This document shows positions 1 to 11,705 of a DNA stretch of 64,000 nucleotides, piece after piece. This DNA comes from Camelus ferus (Eukaryota), in the NCBI RefSeq assembly GCF_009834535.1, contig NC_045696.1, positions 118,918,001-118,982,000 on the forward strand, given 5' to 3'. Position 1 is the first letter of the stretch, and each line of letters opens with the position of its first letter. The notes below the pieces were generated by a model that did no database searches, was not told the origin of the DNA, and saw only the letters and a program-made list of their open reading frames with translations. The translations under genes were made by a program, and so were the position numbers.

Positions 1-54
1 ATCCTAACCCTAAGCCCTCTCCATAAACGAACAGATCCAGTCCTGACAACAACA

Positions 55-185
55 ACAAAGAGGTAGGTACCTATTTGTCCAATGAGGAAACCGAGACACA
101 GAAAGGTTAAGTGACATACCCCAAGTCACACAGCTAAGATGGGCAGAGCTTGGATTAGGATCCAGCCAGTCCAATGCCAGCTACA
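55..185 (-). mobile_element. MIR SINE fragment
   Basis: Reverse-complement MIR core: ATGAGGAAACCGAGACACAGAAAGGTTAAGTGAC...CCCAAGTCACACAGCTA. Confidence 0.8.
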
Positions 186-569
186 CTGCCTTCCCAGAGA
201 GTGTGTAGCCTTGCCCAGCAAGGCCTTTATTAGATTATGTGGTCAGGGACATGGTTTCAAAGACCCCCTTCCTCTTTCTAAGCCCCTCACAAGGATGATT
301 CCCCAACCACCTCCCTCAGCTCCTCCATAAGTGACACTGTCTAAGTTGTTTCCCAGGAGATCTCTCATCTACCCACATCCCCCTTCCTCCTTCTATGCTC
401 CGGTCCTCCTCTCCTGTCTCAGAGAACTAGAGATTCCCCCCTCTCAAGCCAAACACTCTCTGGCTGTGCTTTAAATCACGTCCTCCATCGTTTCTTTTCA
501 GAACAGCCACATTCCTCAGCTGTTTCTCCCCTTCCTCCCCTAATGCCCACAGAAGTACAAGCATCTCAA

Positions 570-986
570 GAAGTGTAGAGCACAGGCTCAGAGCTAGCTT
601 GTCTGGGTTTGAATCTCAGACTTGGACTTTCTCTCTGTGTGACCTTGGGTGAGTGACTCAACCTCTCTGTGCCATTTGTAACTTGAGGATAAAAAGAGAA
701 CCATCTAATGGGATTGCTATGAAAACGTTTTTCTTTTCTTTTCTAAATTTCTTGTTTGGGGGAGAGGATAATTAGGTTTATTAACTCATTCACTTATTTA
801 TTTATTATTTATTTTAATGGAGGTGCTGGGGATTGAACCCAGGACCTTGTTCATGCTAAGCACCCGCTCTACCACTGAGCTATACCCTCCCCTGGGTTGC
901 TATGAAAATTAAAATGAGTTCATCCAAGCAAGTGCTTAGGGCAGTGCCAGGCACATAGTTAGTGCTCTAAATGTCAATATATTATT
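570..986 (+). mobile_element. MIR SINE, split by a younger SINE
   Basis: TGTGTGACCTTGGGTGAGTGACTCAACCTCTCTGTGCC ... CAGTGCCAGGCACATAGTTAGTGCTC; interrupted at 726-892. Confidence 0.8.
726..892 (-). mobile_element. tRNA-derived SINE (camelid Vic-1-like)
   Basis: Reverse complement reads GGGGAGGGTATAGCTCAGTGGTAGAGC (A box)...GGTTCAATCCCC (B box), then AT-rich tail; TSD TGGG(A)TTGCTATGAAAA at 709-725 and 893-908. Confidence 0.9.
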
Positions 987-1427
987 TTTCTCTCACCTAC
1001 TGGAGATACATTTTTGGCCCCTTTGCTCTGTGCACTTACTTTCCCACCTTCTTCTTTGATCCCAGTGACAGGTCACTCTCTAGCTCAATATCCTTCAATG
1101 ACACCCCACTGTCGGCCCAATAAGCTGAGATATGCTGGCTGTATCCAGAATGTTTCCTCCCTCCTTCCCTGCGAGACCAGTGCCTATCCCTCCTCCTCCA
1201 GGCTCACGTTCCATGATGCCTCCTACAAGAAGCCTTCCGAGACCGCCTCCTCAGAAGCCTCTGCTTCCTTCCAGGGACCCTTGTCCCTGCCTCCCTCCAG
1301 CACATCTCCAGCACAGCCATCCAGTATGTGCTTGCCTTCTCTCACCTCATGTCCACTCTGTGTCTTCTTCTCTCCCTACAATTTCCTCTACAGCATGTTC
1401 TCTCAGTGCTAAACACTGAAGTGCATG

Positions 1428-2088
1428 TGAGACAGGAGGGAAGGGGGCAGGGCACAACCATTAAAAGGGTGACACAGCCATTAGTACCAAGGTGGTGGGA
1501 GCTCCAACTCCCAGAAGATCTTGAGGCCCAGGATGGTAGGAGATTTGACTTCTGGTAGACCTTGAGCTTCATTATAGGCTGACTGTAATATATTACCATG
1601 GTAAACGGCACTCCCAAGGGCACCATGACAGTTTCAAGGCTGACCATAAAAGGTCAAAAAGTGGGTGATGGCTCAGTTCCTGGGACTCCCAGCCCTTTCC
1701 CCAAAGTAGTTGGAATAATCCTCCCACACATTAGTATATGAAGTACCGAGCCCATAAAATCTAACAACGGAGCGCCTCGTGGCCTATCTCATTTTTCCTA
1801 GCTGACCCCGTGCTCTGAGTCTGCCGCTCTCCCTTCTGAGTAAGTTGGCCCGCACTCTGCTTATGGAGTGTGCATCTCCTAGGTCTTTCTCTCACCTTCT
1901 GAGACAGCCTGCACTCATTTATGGAGTATGCACCTCTCTGAATAAGTCTGCTTTTACTGTACCATGACTCATTCTTGAATTCTTTCCTGCGCGAAGCCCA
2001 GGACCCTCACTTGGCAGGGTGCCTCCCAGGGACTCTCCTGGGACCTAGGACGTGGCCATCCTCTCGCCCCACGTTTTTTCCTGTATCA
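1428..2088 (+). mobile_element. ERV1-type solo LTR (LTR-A)
   Basis: TG...CA termini, 4-bp TSD CATG (1424-1427 and 2089-2092), CATAAAA TATA-like element ~1753, AATAAG ~1941; 5' end shared with the LTR at 48628. Confidence 0.85.
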
Positions 2089-2339
2089 CATGCACTTCTC
2101 AGTCAATCCCTATGAAAATGGTCAGAGTCATTATCTGCAATTTGACAGAGCCTGGGGAGCTTCATAGCTTACTCAAAGTCCCACAGCCAGTAAGGGACAG
2201 AGCCCAGACCTGAAACCAGGCCACGGAGCTCATTATCTAAGCCTCCATGCTCCACGGCTGCTTGACTGACTATGTCCCTCCCCAGCCCTAACCCAAAACC
2301 CTGTGCTGCTCAGCATGTCAGCAGGTGCTGAGGAATGGC

Positions 2340-2560
2340 AACAATAACACAACAGCTCGTCCGAGTGCTAACCGAGTGCCCGGCCTTTTCTATGCACTTT
2401 ACATGGATCAACCAATGCAATCCTCATAACAACCATTTGAAGTTACAAATTTGTATTTCCATTTTACAGGCAAGAAAATTGAGGCACAGAGCTTTAAATG
2501 CCCTGTCCAGTGGCAGAGCTGGGATGCCAACCCTGGGGCCTCACGGTCCATCACTTAATG
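2340..2560 (-). mobile_element. MIR SINE
   Basis: CCATTTTACAGGCAAGAAAATTGAGGCACAGAG core; a second MIR piece lies at ~2100-2260. Confidence 0.75.
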
Positions 2561-2817
2561 CACATGCTTGCCTCCTAGCATGTCTATTTTGAATGAATGA
2601 ATTTCAGGGAGGAAGAAAATCAAGAAAAAAAAGATGTCATTTAAAAATGGAATTTAAGAAACTTGCACTTTGTGGATATCCCCTGAACCAGAGGACAGGA
2701 ACTGAGCCGGGACATTTAGCCGCATGTCCTGTTCTGCGGACAGGCAGGTCAGCAGGTGAGGGCCTGGTGCCCACAGCCACAGAGCACCTGGGAGAGGGCA
2801 AGAAGCACCAGGCAGCA

Positions 2818-2983
2818 GCGTGGGTACAGCTCAGTGGTAAAGCACGTGCTTAGCATGTGTGAGGTCCTGGGTTCAATTTCCAGTCCCTGCATTAAATGAA
2901 TAAATAAATAAATAAACCTATTTACCTCCCCTCTTCCCCCAAAAAAGAAAGAAAGGGGCCAAGCCAAAAAAAAAAAAAAGAAT
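2818..2983 (+). mobile_element. tRNA-derived SINE (Vic-1-like)
   Basis: TACAGCTCAGTGGTAAAGCACGTGCTTAGCATG...GGTTCAATTTCC, (TAAA)n, A-tail; TSD AAGA(A/G)GCACCAGG(C/T)AGCA at 2800-2817 and 2984-3001. Confidence 0.9.
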
Positions 2984-3654
2984 AAGAGGCACCAGGTAGC
3001 ACCCCTCCCTCATCCTTAGCTCCCTGCTTCCTCCACCCTCAAAGCCACAAGACGCTCACTTGGGTGGCCCTGGGCTCTTGGCTGATCCGATTTGACCTCC
3101 TCCAGGGGAAATTAAGAAGGCCTGCTGGCTTCCAGGCCTGCCACCCAGCTCTGGCTCTGCACCGGGAACACCAGCACTGAGTGCCGTGGTGAATCTGTGA
3201 GCTGGGGTGCCCGCCTAGGCAAACCCTATGCAACCTGCCTAAGGTAGGTGGCGTCAAGGAGGCCAGCTGGCAGAGGCTAGCTAAGCACCTCTCTGGGGCT
3301 CCATTCAGGAATGGACCAAATGTGCAAATGGACTAAACAGAGGCCTCGTTTCCTCTCCTTGTGATTATTCTGGACTCAGCTTGGACAAATACAGTTCTCG
3401 TTATCTCATTGTTATGCCTGAAACCTGCTTGGTTTGCTGATTCTGAAGCATCTGTTCTGTCCTTATCAGGACACCTAACCCCCTTCACTGTAACTGCCCT
3501 TCAGTGTTGATTTACCAGCAAATGGTAAGTAAGCTCCGTAAGGGCAAGAACCTTGCCTATTTCTCCAGGCTCCGTACCTCCAGGCTCACTTCCGTGCCCA
3601 GCAGGTATTCAAATATCTGTTGAATAGACACATGAGTAGGTAGGAGAGAGAGCT

Positions 3655-4460
3655 ATCATAACAGAGCAGCTCGCGGATATCCAGCTATCCAGCCTTCCTC
3701 TCTGAAATTCCTGCTCCCCAGCGGTCAGGTGGGACTACATGACTTGTTCTGGCCAATGAGCTGTGAATGGAAATGGTGCATCATTTCTGGCTGGGGCACC
3801 AGTTGTTGGTACAAGACCCAGAGGGCTCCCTACTCCTCTGCCAGGCGACTGACAGTGTTCCAGGTGGTAGGCTTCTTCTCCACCTGGATCCCAGGTGTGA
3901 CATGCAGTTTGAGTAAGAAATAAACCTTTGTTTGCAGCAACATGGGTGGACCTAGAGATGCTCATACTAAGTGAGGTAAGTCAGACAGGGAAAGACAAAT
4001 ATCATATGATATCACTTACATGTGGAATCTACCAAAAAAATGATACAAATGAACTTATTTACAAAACAGAAACAGACTCACAGACATAGAAAACAAACTT
4101 ATGGTTACCAGGGAGGAAGAGGGTGAGAAGAGATGAATTGGGAGTTTGAGATTTGCGGATACTAACTGATATATATAAAATAGATAAACAACAAGGTCCT
4201 ACTGTATAGCACAGGGAACCATATTCATAATAGCTTGTAATGAAAAAGAACATGAAAAAGAATAGATATATATATGTTAATTAGTAATTAACTGAATAAC
4301 TATGCTGTTCACCAGAAACTAACACAATGTTGTAAATCGACTAAACTTCAATTAAAACGCGCACACACACACTCACACACAAACCTTTGTTGTTTGAAGC
4401 CATCAAGGCTTGGGGGTTATTTGGTATTTCAGCAAGGCCTAGTCTATCCTGACTACTTGA
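3655..4460 (+). mobile_element. MaLR (MLT1-type) LTR interrupted by an L1
   Basis: CATGACTTGTTCTGGCCAATGAG...AGAAATAAACCTTTGTT|GTTTGAAGCCA...; resumes at 4381. Confidence 0.7.
3931..4380 (+). mobile_element. Young L1 3' end, 5'-truncated
   Basis: TTTGCAGCAACATGG...ACTTCAATTAAAA followed by a (CA)-decayed tail; TSD AAACCTTTGTT at 3922-3932 and 4381-4391. Confidence 0.9.
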
Positions 4461-4524
4461 TAGTCAGTCCATACGAGTTTGTCAGGGGCCTACAGAACTG
4501 AAGGTACCTGGTCAACCATCCGCT

Positions 4525-4701
4525 AGACTAGCTCAATAAAACTTCCTGCAATGCTAGAAATGTCCTAGATCTGCTCTGTCCAATACACTAGCCACTGGCC
4601 ATATGTGGTTTTTAAGCACTCGAAATGAGGTTAGTGTGAGTGAGACTCTTAATTTTTAATGTTCACGTGTTTAATTGTGGCTATGGTATTGGATAGCATG
4701 G
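4525..4701 (+). mobile_element. MER3-like hAT-Charlie DNA transposon relic
   Basis: CTGTCCAATACACTAGCCACTGGCCATATGTGG...GGTATTGGATAGCA. Confidence 0.75.
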
Positions 4702-6559
4702 TTCTAGAATGTGCCGCAGCAGCAGATGCTGTAAAGGCAGCCCGCTGAAGCCCCTCTGACACCCGTGCCACTGTGGTGGACAGCTCCATGCCCACAGGCT
4801 GAGTCCCCCATCAAGGGCACTCTACTGTCCTTCTGGTCTACCTCCTGGGAGGCTGTAAAGTCCACTGCAACTGTGCACAAAAGCACAGAGCCATGAGGAT
4901 GGAGTGGTGACGCTGCCTGAGGCAACCTTCAGCCGTGGAGGACAGAAGGCAGGGGCAGTTCTCCCGCCTCCCTGTGCTCCGTGGGAAAAGTCTGAGACAT
5001 GGTGGACATGGGTTTGACTGGTTTCTTCGAGACCCGCCAGAGAGCGCGCTACGGACATGAAATCGCTCATTCACACACCTTGTACTGGCCTTTCTCCCCT
5101 CCCCTCCTCCTGTAGCTCTGCTGCCTGGGGTCACCCCCACGGAGGCTGCCTGTACCCCACCCCTGGCGGCAGGGTGTTTTAGAAGGTATACAAACTAAGA
5201 GGAGTGGTTCTAATTTCCTGGGAACTCCAGGATGAAAGCTGCTAATTCTTTCCTTCTTGAGATGCTTTTAAACTCTAACTGTCTGATAATGGCACGCCTT
5301 TCCACATTTCTGAGCCTGCCTCTGGGACAGGTGAGGGTGATGGGGGCTGGCCACCAAAGGCAGGCCACAAGTACTCACAGACAGCACCCCTGGCTTTGGG
5401 CTTTAAGATGCAAAAAAAAGATGAAGCACCCTTATTAAAGGCCTTCTGAAACATGACCTTAGTTTTTATCAGCTTCGAGGAAAAGAGACAATTCAATCCC
5501 AATGGAATATTTAGAGACCGAGCTAAACATTTCAAAGCTCCCAATTGCATTTTCCCTCAGCCTGCGAGTTAAATTATCTATCCTAATGGCAATGCCTTCA
5601 TTCAGGCTGCTGGCTCCCAGGGCCCCGCGGGAGGGGGGCTGTCTCTAATTTGCCAGGTAAAAGTGCCGTCTCTCCCCACTTGGTAGCGTGGATTCTGGTG
5701 GAGAACAATCTGTGGTGAGGAGGAAGGCCTGCAGAAGGGGCTGATTCTGTGGAAGAGCCCTGGCCAGGAAAAGCTTCAATGAATGCAATTATCACCCAAT
5801 TCACAGGCGCTATTTAAGGGCCCAGGACTTCCCCGAGGCTGTCACTGGTATATCCAAGTGTACGTGCTTGTGAAAGGACACTCCGTTTTCGAGGGCCCAC
5901 CACGGCCAGACTCCGGACTCGGTTTATATATAGAGTCTCTCTTAATCTGAGAGCTAGGGATTATCAGAGCCATGTTGTAGCTAAGGACTGAGGTCCAGAG
6001 ACAATCAGGAAGTTGGATCTCAGATCCCAAATTTCCTGCGCTCTCTCGCTGTCTTTTATGTAATATTCAGGATATGTGGTACTCCCATCACTCTTTGGAC
6101 AAAACGGGAAAAAGGAATGGCAGCAACCGGAGGGGCTTTTGTGAGTCAAGCAGAAAGGTTTAGGAAGAAGCACGTGGCAGGAGAAGGAGCACTGAATTAG
6201 GAAACAGATGCAGGTTCCAGCTCAGTATTCGCAAGACCTAGGTGAACGCCTCCTTCCCTCTGGGCCTCAGTTTCTTCTGTAAAATGAAATGGTCTGATGG
6301 GGGTCATCGCTACGGCTTCTACCTGCTCAGTATTTCCACTGGTCTGGCCACGCAGCCCTTGAGATGGCCAGCAAGAACCTCCCCAGGAAAATCACCCCAA
6401 GTCAGATTTTGTGTGTTTCAGCTGCTTTTAGATGAATTGAGTTTGGGTCACTATAGTCACAGTCAGGCTAAGTCAGGTGAGAACTTTACGGCTTCACTGG
6501 GGAGATGGTTCCATGTGAATATCTGCCCTTTTTCCCCCTCTAACAAACTGCTAACTTCA

Positions 6560-7455
6560 GAATAGATTTAAAGAAAATTGGCAGGGGTAGTACGGAGTTC
6601 CTGTGCACCCCATGGCCCGATCCCTCTATTATTAGCGTCTTTTATTCATGTGGTCCATTTATCACAACTAATGAGCCAATAATGATTTGTTATGGTTAAC
6701 TAAACGCCCTGCTTTATTTACATTTCCTTCATTTTCACCTGTGGCCTTTCTCTGCTCCAGGATCCCATCCAGGATACATTTCATTTAGTATTTATGTTTC
6801 CTTAGCCTCCTCTAGACTGTGACCGTTTCTCAAATTTTCTTGTTTCATGTGACCTTGACAGTTTTGTGGAGGACTGAAGGGTATTTTGTAGAATGTCCCT
6901 CAATTTGGGTTTGTCTGGTGTCGTGGTGAGGCCGTGGTTATCAGTTTGCATCATACTATCAACATGACTTATCACTGTTGTTTGTTTTTTTAATTGAAGT
7001 GTAGTCAGTTACAATGTGTCAATTTCTGTGCACAGCATCATGTTTCAGTCGCACATATAAATACATATATTCCTTTTCAAATTCTTTATCATTATAGGTT
7101 ACTACAAGATATTGAATATAGTTCTCTGTGCTATACAGAAGAAATTCATTTTTTTATCTATTTTTATGTATGTTAGTTAATATTTGCAAATCTCGAACTC
7201 TCAATTTATCCCTTCCCACCCCTATTCCCTCCCGTAACCATAAGATTGTTTACTATGTCTGCGAGTCTGTTTCTGTTCTGTAGATGAGTTCATTAGTGTC
7301 TTCTTTTTTCTTTTGTTAGATGACTTATCACAGTTGATAGAAACCTAGATCCTATGGCTGCGGTGGTGTTCGCCGTGTTTCTCCATGAAAAGTTCATTTC
7401 CCTCCTTCCCTTACCGTATTCTTTGGAAGGAAATCACTAAGTGCAGCCCACATGG
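6560..7455 (-). mobile_element. Old L1MC-type 3' region, interrupted
   Basis: CCAGGATCCCATCCAGGATAC...TATTTTGTAGAATGTCCCTCAATTTGGGTTTGTCTG motifs. Confidence 0.7.
6981..7319 (-). mobile_element. Young L1 3' end
   Basis: Poly-T then AATTGAAGTGTAGTCAGTTACAATGTGTCAATTTCTG; 17-bp TSD ATGACTTATCAC(T/A)GTTG at 6964-6980 and 7320-7336. Confidence 0.9.
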
Positions 7456-8574
7456 ACACCACACCACTTACTCGGCTGGAGAGCAGGCATTTTTGCAAAG
7501 TACAGCCATGCAGGCAATTTCTGCTAGGGAACAGCTTCAACTCTAAACCTTACTGCCCCAAAACATAGTCCCTGCATCCAGTCTTTGAAAGGGGCATTCC
7601 CTCACAATGGGGGCAAACTGCTCTATCGAAGTAGCGTCTAGCATGCCTTGCACAAAAGATACTGCTCAGCAGAGGGACTGCTCCTACTGTTTACGCGAGA
7701 CCTGCTTACTGCTCACCCTCACCTGGAAATCTAATGCAGCCAAGCATTACATACAAAGAGCTCTTAGAAATCAATAAAGAGAAAAGTACAATTTATCTTT
7801 TCAAATGAGCAGAGGAGATGAACAATAAATTCACATAAGAGACCCAGATGAACAATAAATATACATATATGCTTGTATGTCAAAGAGTGTGGAGTAGCCA
7901 CGTCTGAGGTGGGGAGGGGATGGAGAAATTAGACAGTACTCTCCCTTTCCACTCTATGACTTCTGAACATTAAACAAAGAACATTTTGTATTCATTCTTG
8001 AAAAGCCATAAAATAACTTCTGAAGTAATGACACCCCAATATACAGGGTATGGCTTCTAATCCAACACTGGCTATAAAAGCTAAAAGTTGCTTTAAACGC
8101 TCTCTTTCACTTAACTTTCTTGCAGTGAAGGAGAGTCTGCAAGGCTTTGGGAACAGATGGCTGGTATTGTGAACCACGATGTGACTGTTTATTTGCATCT
8201 CTTAATTGGAAATTTCACATGCATGGTCACTCCACCTTACATGTTTATAATAAGAAATTATAGGTATTTTTCCTGCTAGGCTTACATGATTCATCAGTTA
8301 AGGTTATGATAGAGGAAGACCATTGTTCACTAGGCAGTTTTAGTACTACTTGCCATTAACTGGGGGGAAAAGTAGTCATGCAATTTCTAAGGAAGCTTTA
8401 TCATTATTATTCTGTATCCTCTTGCTTCAGTTATATTATATAAGGATCTATGTAGACGTTCCTCTGGATGAAGAAGATGTTCAACGAAGACCATTCTGAT
8501 GGCCCCAGGGAATCGAATCTGCAATCTCTACTTGTGAGAAAAATGAGGACTAACTCGATCCAAAATTTTATGCA

Positions 8575-8618
8575 TTTCAGGAACATACATTCAGGAAGAT
8601 AAATGTATGTTCCTGAAA
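8575..8618. repeat. Perfect 17-bp inverted repeat with 10-nt loop
   Basis: TTTCAGGAACATACATT (8575-8591) / AATGTATGTTCCTGAAA (8602-8618). Confidence 0.95.
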
Positions 8619-10197
8619 AGATGACCCCTACATGAACACATGGATACTTTGGGCTGTTTAAATAAGAGAAAAGTAACGTGATAGTAAAATTCAACCTGTC
8701 GCTCCTGAGTAATAAGCATGCGATCCCGGTGTGTGCCATCGAAACACTGCAGGAGAAAGCGAGTTTGAGCTGCTGGCCAGACAAGGGCAATATGAGTTCT
8801 GTGTGATCCCCAGAGAAGGAGCCTCAGAAAAACCCAGAGGAGAGCAAGAGCAATCAATGCCCATGTATTTTAAGGTGTGATTTTTCTGGGCAGGAAAAAA
8901 ATGCACACAGAAACACTACGCATTTGTTTGTCAGACAAAGGCGAGAGCCGTGGTCATAAGCCTTGACCTGTGAAGGATTGAATTAGCTTTGACGTTATTG
9001 TTCTGGGCCTCTGAATACCTTTGAGTCTGCCATTCACTGATGAGCTGAAGAAAATACATTCACACACATAATGAAACCTCTTCTGTCATCAAGCTGTTAT
9101 TTAACTGTCAGGGCTGAGCAGCCAAAATAACTTGAGACGTTCCTGAGAGTGTGAGACCAGTACATCACGGAGGCTTAGGGGAGGCATAGGACTTGAGCCA
9201 TCTTGGAGAGATCTAGACCTTTGAAGTGCTCCTTCAGGAAGTCCTGTAGGAAAATAGTCTGGGGGGTTTTCTTTTGTTTTGGGGACCTTGTGCCGACTCT
9301 ATTTAGAGTGTGTAAATCTTTCAGATGCTATATTTGAACAAAAATTTTCTCCTATAACTTTCACTCCAAAAGAATTAAGATGAAAGTAAGGAGCCTTCAA
9401 ATTATTTTACCAATTCCAAACCTTCAAGCAACTTCGCAGTATTTTTATTGGTGATCCACAGGGCAGCATTACCCAATTTGGTTACAATCTTTCCACTACA
9501 GTGGACTGCCAGGCTGAAAAACCACCAGGGCAGTGATGGGAATTATTTTTTTTTTTTGTGATCTGGCAGAGATAAAATACAAAATAATATTCTGTTAAGT
9601 GTCTACCTCAGACCTTCCACATCTCTGGAGTTCTGATTCATCATCAGAACCCAGCCTAAGACAGTCTCTTTAATTGCTGGGCAGTTTATTTTGGAGAACA
9701 ACCTCCTCAGATGTACACTGCACAGAGCCAAATGTTCCAGTGATTCATTTTTCAATTTCTCGCACCAACTTCTGCCAGAAAATGCTCTTAATGTCCCACC
9801 AAGCTGGTGGGGTTTCTGTTGATCTATCTGATAATGTGGAAAATATTGTTGCTATTAGGAATCAAAAAGGACTGAAGGCGTTCTCCCTACAAAGGTCAAA
9901 GGTCTGCCGGCTCTCTCAAGTGTCTGATTTGCAGCCAACCTGGGAAGTCTGTGGTCCCTTCCTGCCACACAGTCAATAGACACCTGACCCGTTGCAGCTC
10001 ATATCAGCCCTTGTCCAAACCACCACGGCCAATAACAACAAAATACACTGTCCAAGTTAGCCTTTTTTGTGTTTTGGTCAAAGACGTGAAGAATTGAAAC
10101 TTACCAGAAGACAAAATACTTCAGTTAGATATTTCCCAAGCTTCAGTTATTTGCATATCACATTAGAAACCTTCCCCACATTAGAGAACCACTATTC

Positions 10198-10277
10198 TAT
10201 TAGGTTAAACCATATAAAATGACCAACATTTGGGCATGATCTACAAAATCATAAATTTCATATGGTTCAATCTAATA
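10198..10277. mobile_element. MADE2-like mariner MITE
   Basis: 80 bp; TIRs TATTAGGTTAAACCATATAAAAT / ATTTCATATGGTTCAATCTAATA. Confidence 0.8.
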
Positions 10278-10314
10278 TTTTTTACTTAATGTTTTTCTAA
10301 ACTTAAAACCCTAA

Positions 10315-11047
10315 TTTCATCCAGCAATTGTGCTCCTTGGAATTTACCCAGAGGAGCTGAAAACCTCAGTCAACACAAAAACCTGCACACAGATATTTAT
10401 CGCAGCTTTATTCATAATTGCCAACACGTGAAATCAACCAACTTGTCTTTCAGTAGGTGAAAGGATTAATAAACTGTGGTACATCAGACAATGGAATATT
10501 ATTCAGTGCTGAAAAGAGATGAGCTAACAAGCCATGAAAGACATGGAAGAACTTTAAATGCAGATGATTAAGTGATAGACACTGACATAAAAAAGCTACA
10601 TAGTATATGATTCCAACTACAAGATATTCTGGAAAATGAAAAACTATGAAGACAGTAAGATAATCAGTGATTGCCAGGGGTTAGGAGGAGGTGGGGAGGA
10701 AGAGAATAGTGCATGGAGGATTTATGGGTGATGAAAATACTCTGATACTATAAAGACAGATGCGTGTCATTATCCACTTGTCCAAATCCACAGGACGTGC
10801 ACCAAGAGTGAACCTAGTATAAACCATTGTCTATGGGTGATGTGTCAATGTAGGTTCATCAGTTGTAACCAATAGACCACTGGAGGGAACACTGATTAAC
10901 TGGGAGATTATAAATTAGCAAGGACAGGTGGGTATATGGAGAAATCTGCGTACCTTTTTCTCAGCTTTGCTGTGAACCTAAAATGCTCTTAAAAAAGACA
11001 CAAAAACAAAACAAAAAAATTCTGTCTGTTTAAAAACAAAACAAAAG
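10315..11047 (+). mobile_element. Old L1MC-type 3' end
   Basis: CCAGCAATTGTGCTCCTTGG...CAATGGAATATTATTCAG...GCTGTGAACCTAAAATGCTCTTAAAA plus A-rich tail. Confidence 0.85.
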
Positions 11048-11178
11048 CTTAAATACTGCTATTCTGGGCTTCAAGCACAATGTGGTAGAAAGTATCCAAA
11101 TAGCAGTACTTGCCTTCCCTGGAAGGCCTGGATCAATGCCTTCCCCGTCTGCGTGCCTTTCTCTCAAGAAGTGGGGTC

Positions 11179-11284
11179 CTGCTTGCCTCGGCAGCACCAG
11201 TACTCAAACTGGAGCCGTACAGAGAAGGTTAGCACGCCCCTTGTGTGAGGATGACATGCAAATGAGTGAAGCGGCCCATATTTT
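11179..11284 (+). pseudogene. RNU6: Full-length U6 snRNA processed pseudogene (5' part of a U6-L1 chimera)
   Basis: Colinear, ungapped match to the 106-nt U6 sequence recalled from memory (83/106 identical by hand); ACAGAGA box, ends ...CCATATTTT; no PSE/TATA upstream (sits inside an MLT1). Confidence 0.95.
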
Positions 11285-11705
11285 GAAATGCCATTTGTAG
11301 CAACAGAGATGGACCCGGGATTGTCATACTAAGAGAAGTCAGACAGAGAAAGACAAATATCATATGATAGCACTTATAGGTGGAATCCAAAAAAAGGGAC
11401 ACAACTGAACTTGCTTACAAAACAGAAACAGATTCACTGACATAGAAAACACACTTATGGTTACCGGGGGGAAGTGGGATGGAGGGATAAATTAGAAATT
11501 CAAGATGTGCAGATATACATTACCATGTATAAAATAAACAGCAAGGCCCCACTGTATAGCACACAGAAGCATCGATACCTTGTAATAGCCTATAATGACA
11601 AAGAATATGGAAAGGAATATATACATGTATACCTGAAACATTATGCTGCACACCAGAAATTCATACAACATTGCATACTGACTATACTTCAATTTAAAAA
11701 AAAAA
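11285..11705 (+). mobile_element. L1 3' end fused directly to U6
   Basis: GAAATGCCATTTGTAGCAAC...ACTATACTTCAATTT plus poly-A; degenerate TSD AAGAAGTGGGGTC / AGGAGGTCGAGTC flanks the whole U6+L1 unit. Confidence 0.9.

Noticed and set aside
2818..2890. Apparent tRNA genes (also at 820-892, 21621, 53641)
   Set aside because: They have AT-rich/A tails, TSDs at some copies and degraded stems, so they are SINE heads.
8431..8499. Acceptor-like CCTCTTGCTTCAG followed by LYYIRIYVDVPLDEEDVQRRPF*
   Set aside because: The peptide is not recognisable and there is no supporting upstream exon or nearby polyA signal; insufficient for a terminal-exon call.
11179..11284. Functional U6 gene
   Set aside because: About 22% diverged, no upstream PSE/TATA, fused to L1 and inserted in an LTR.
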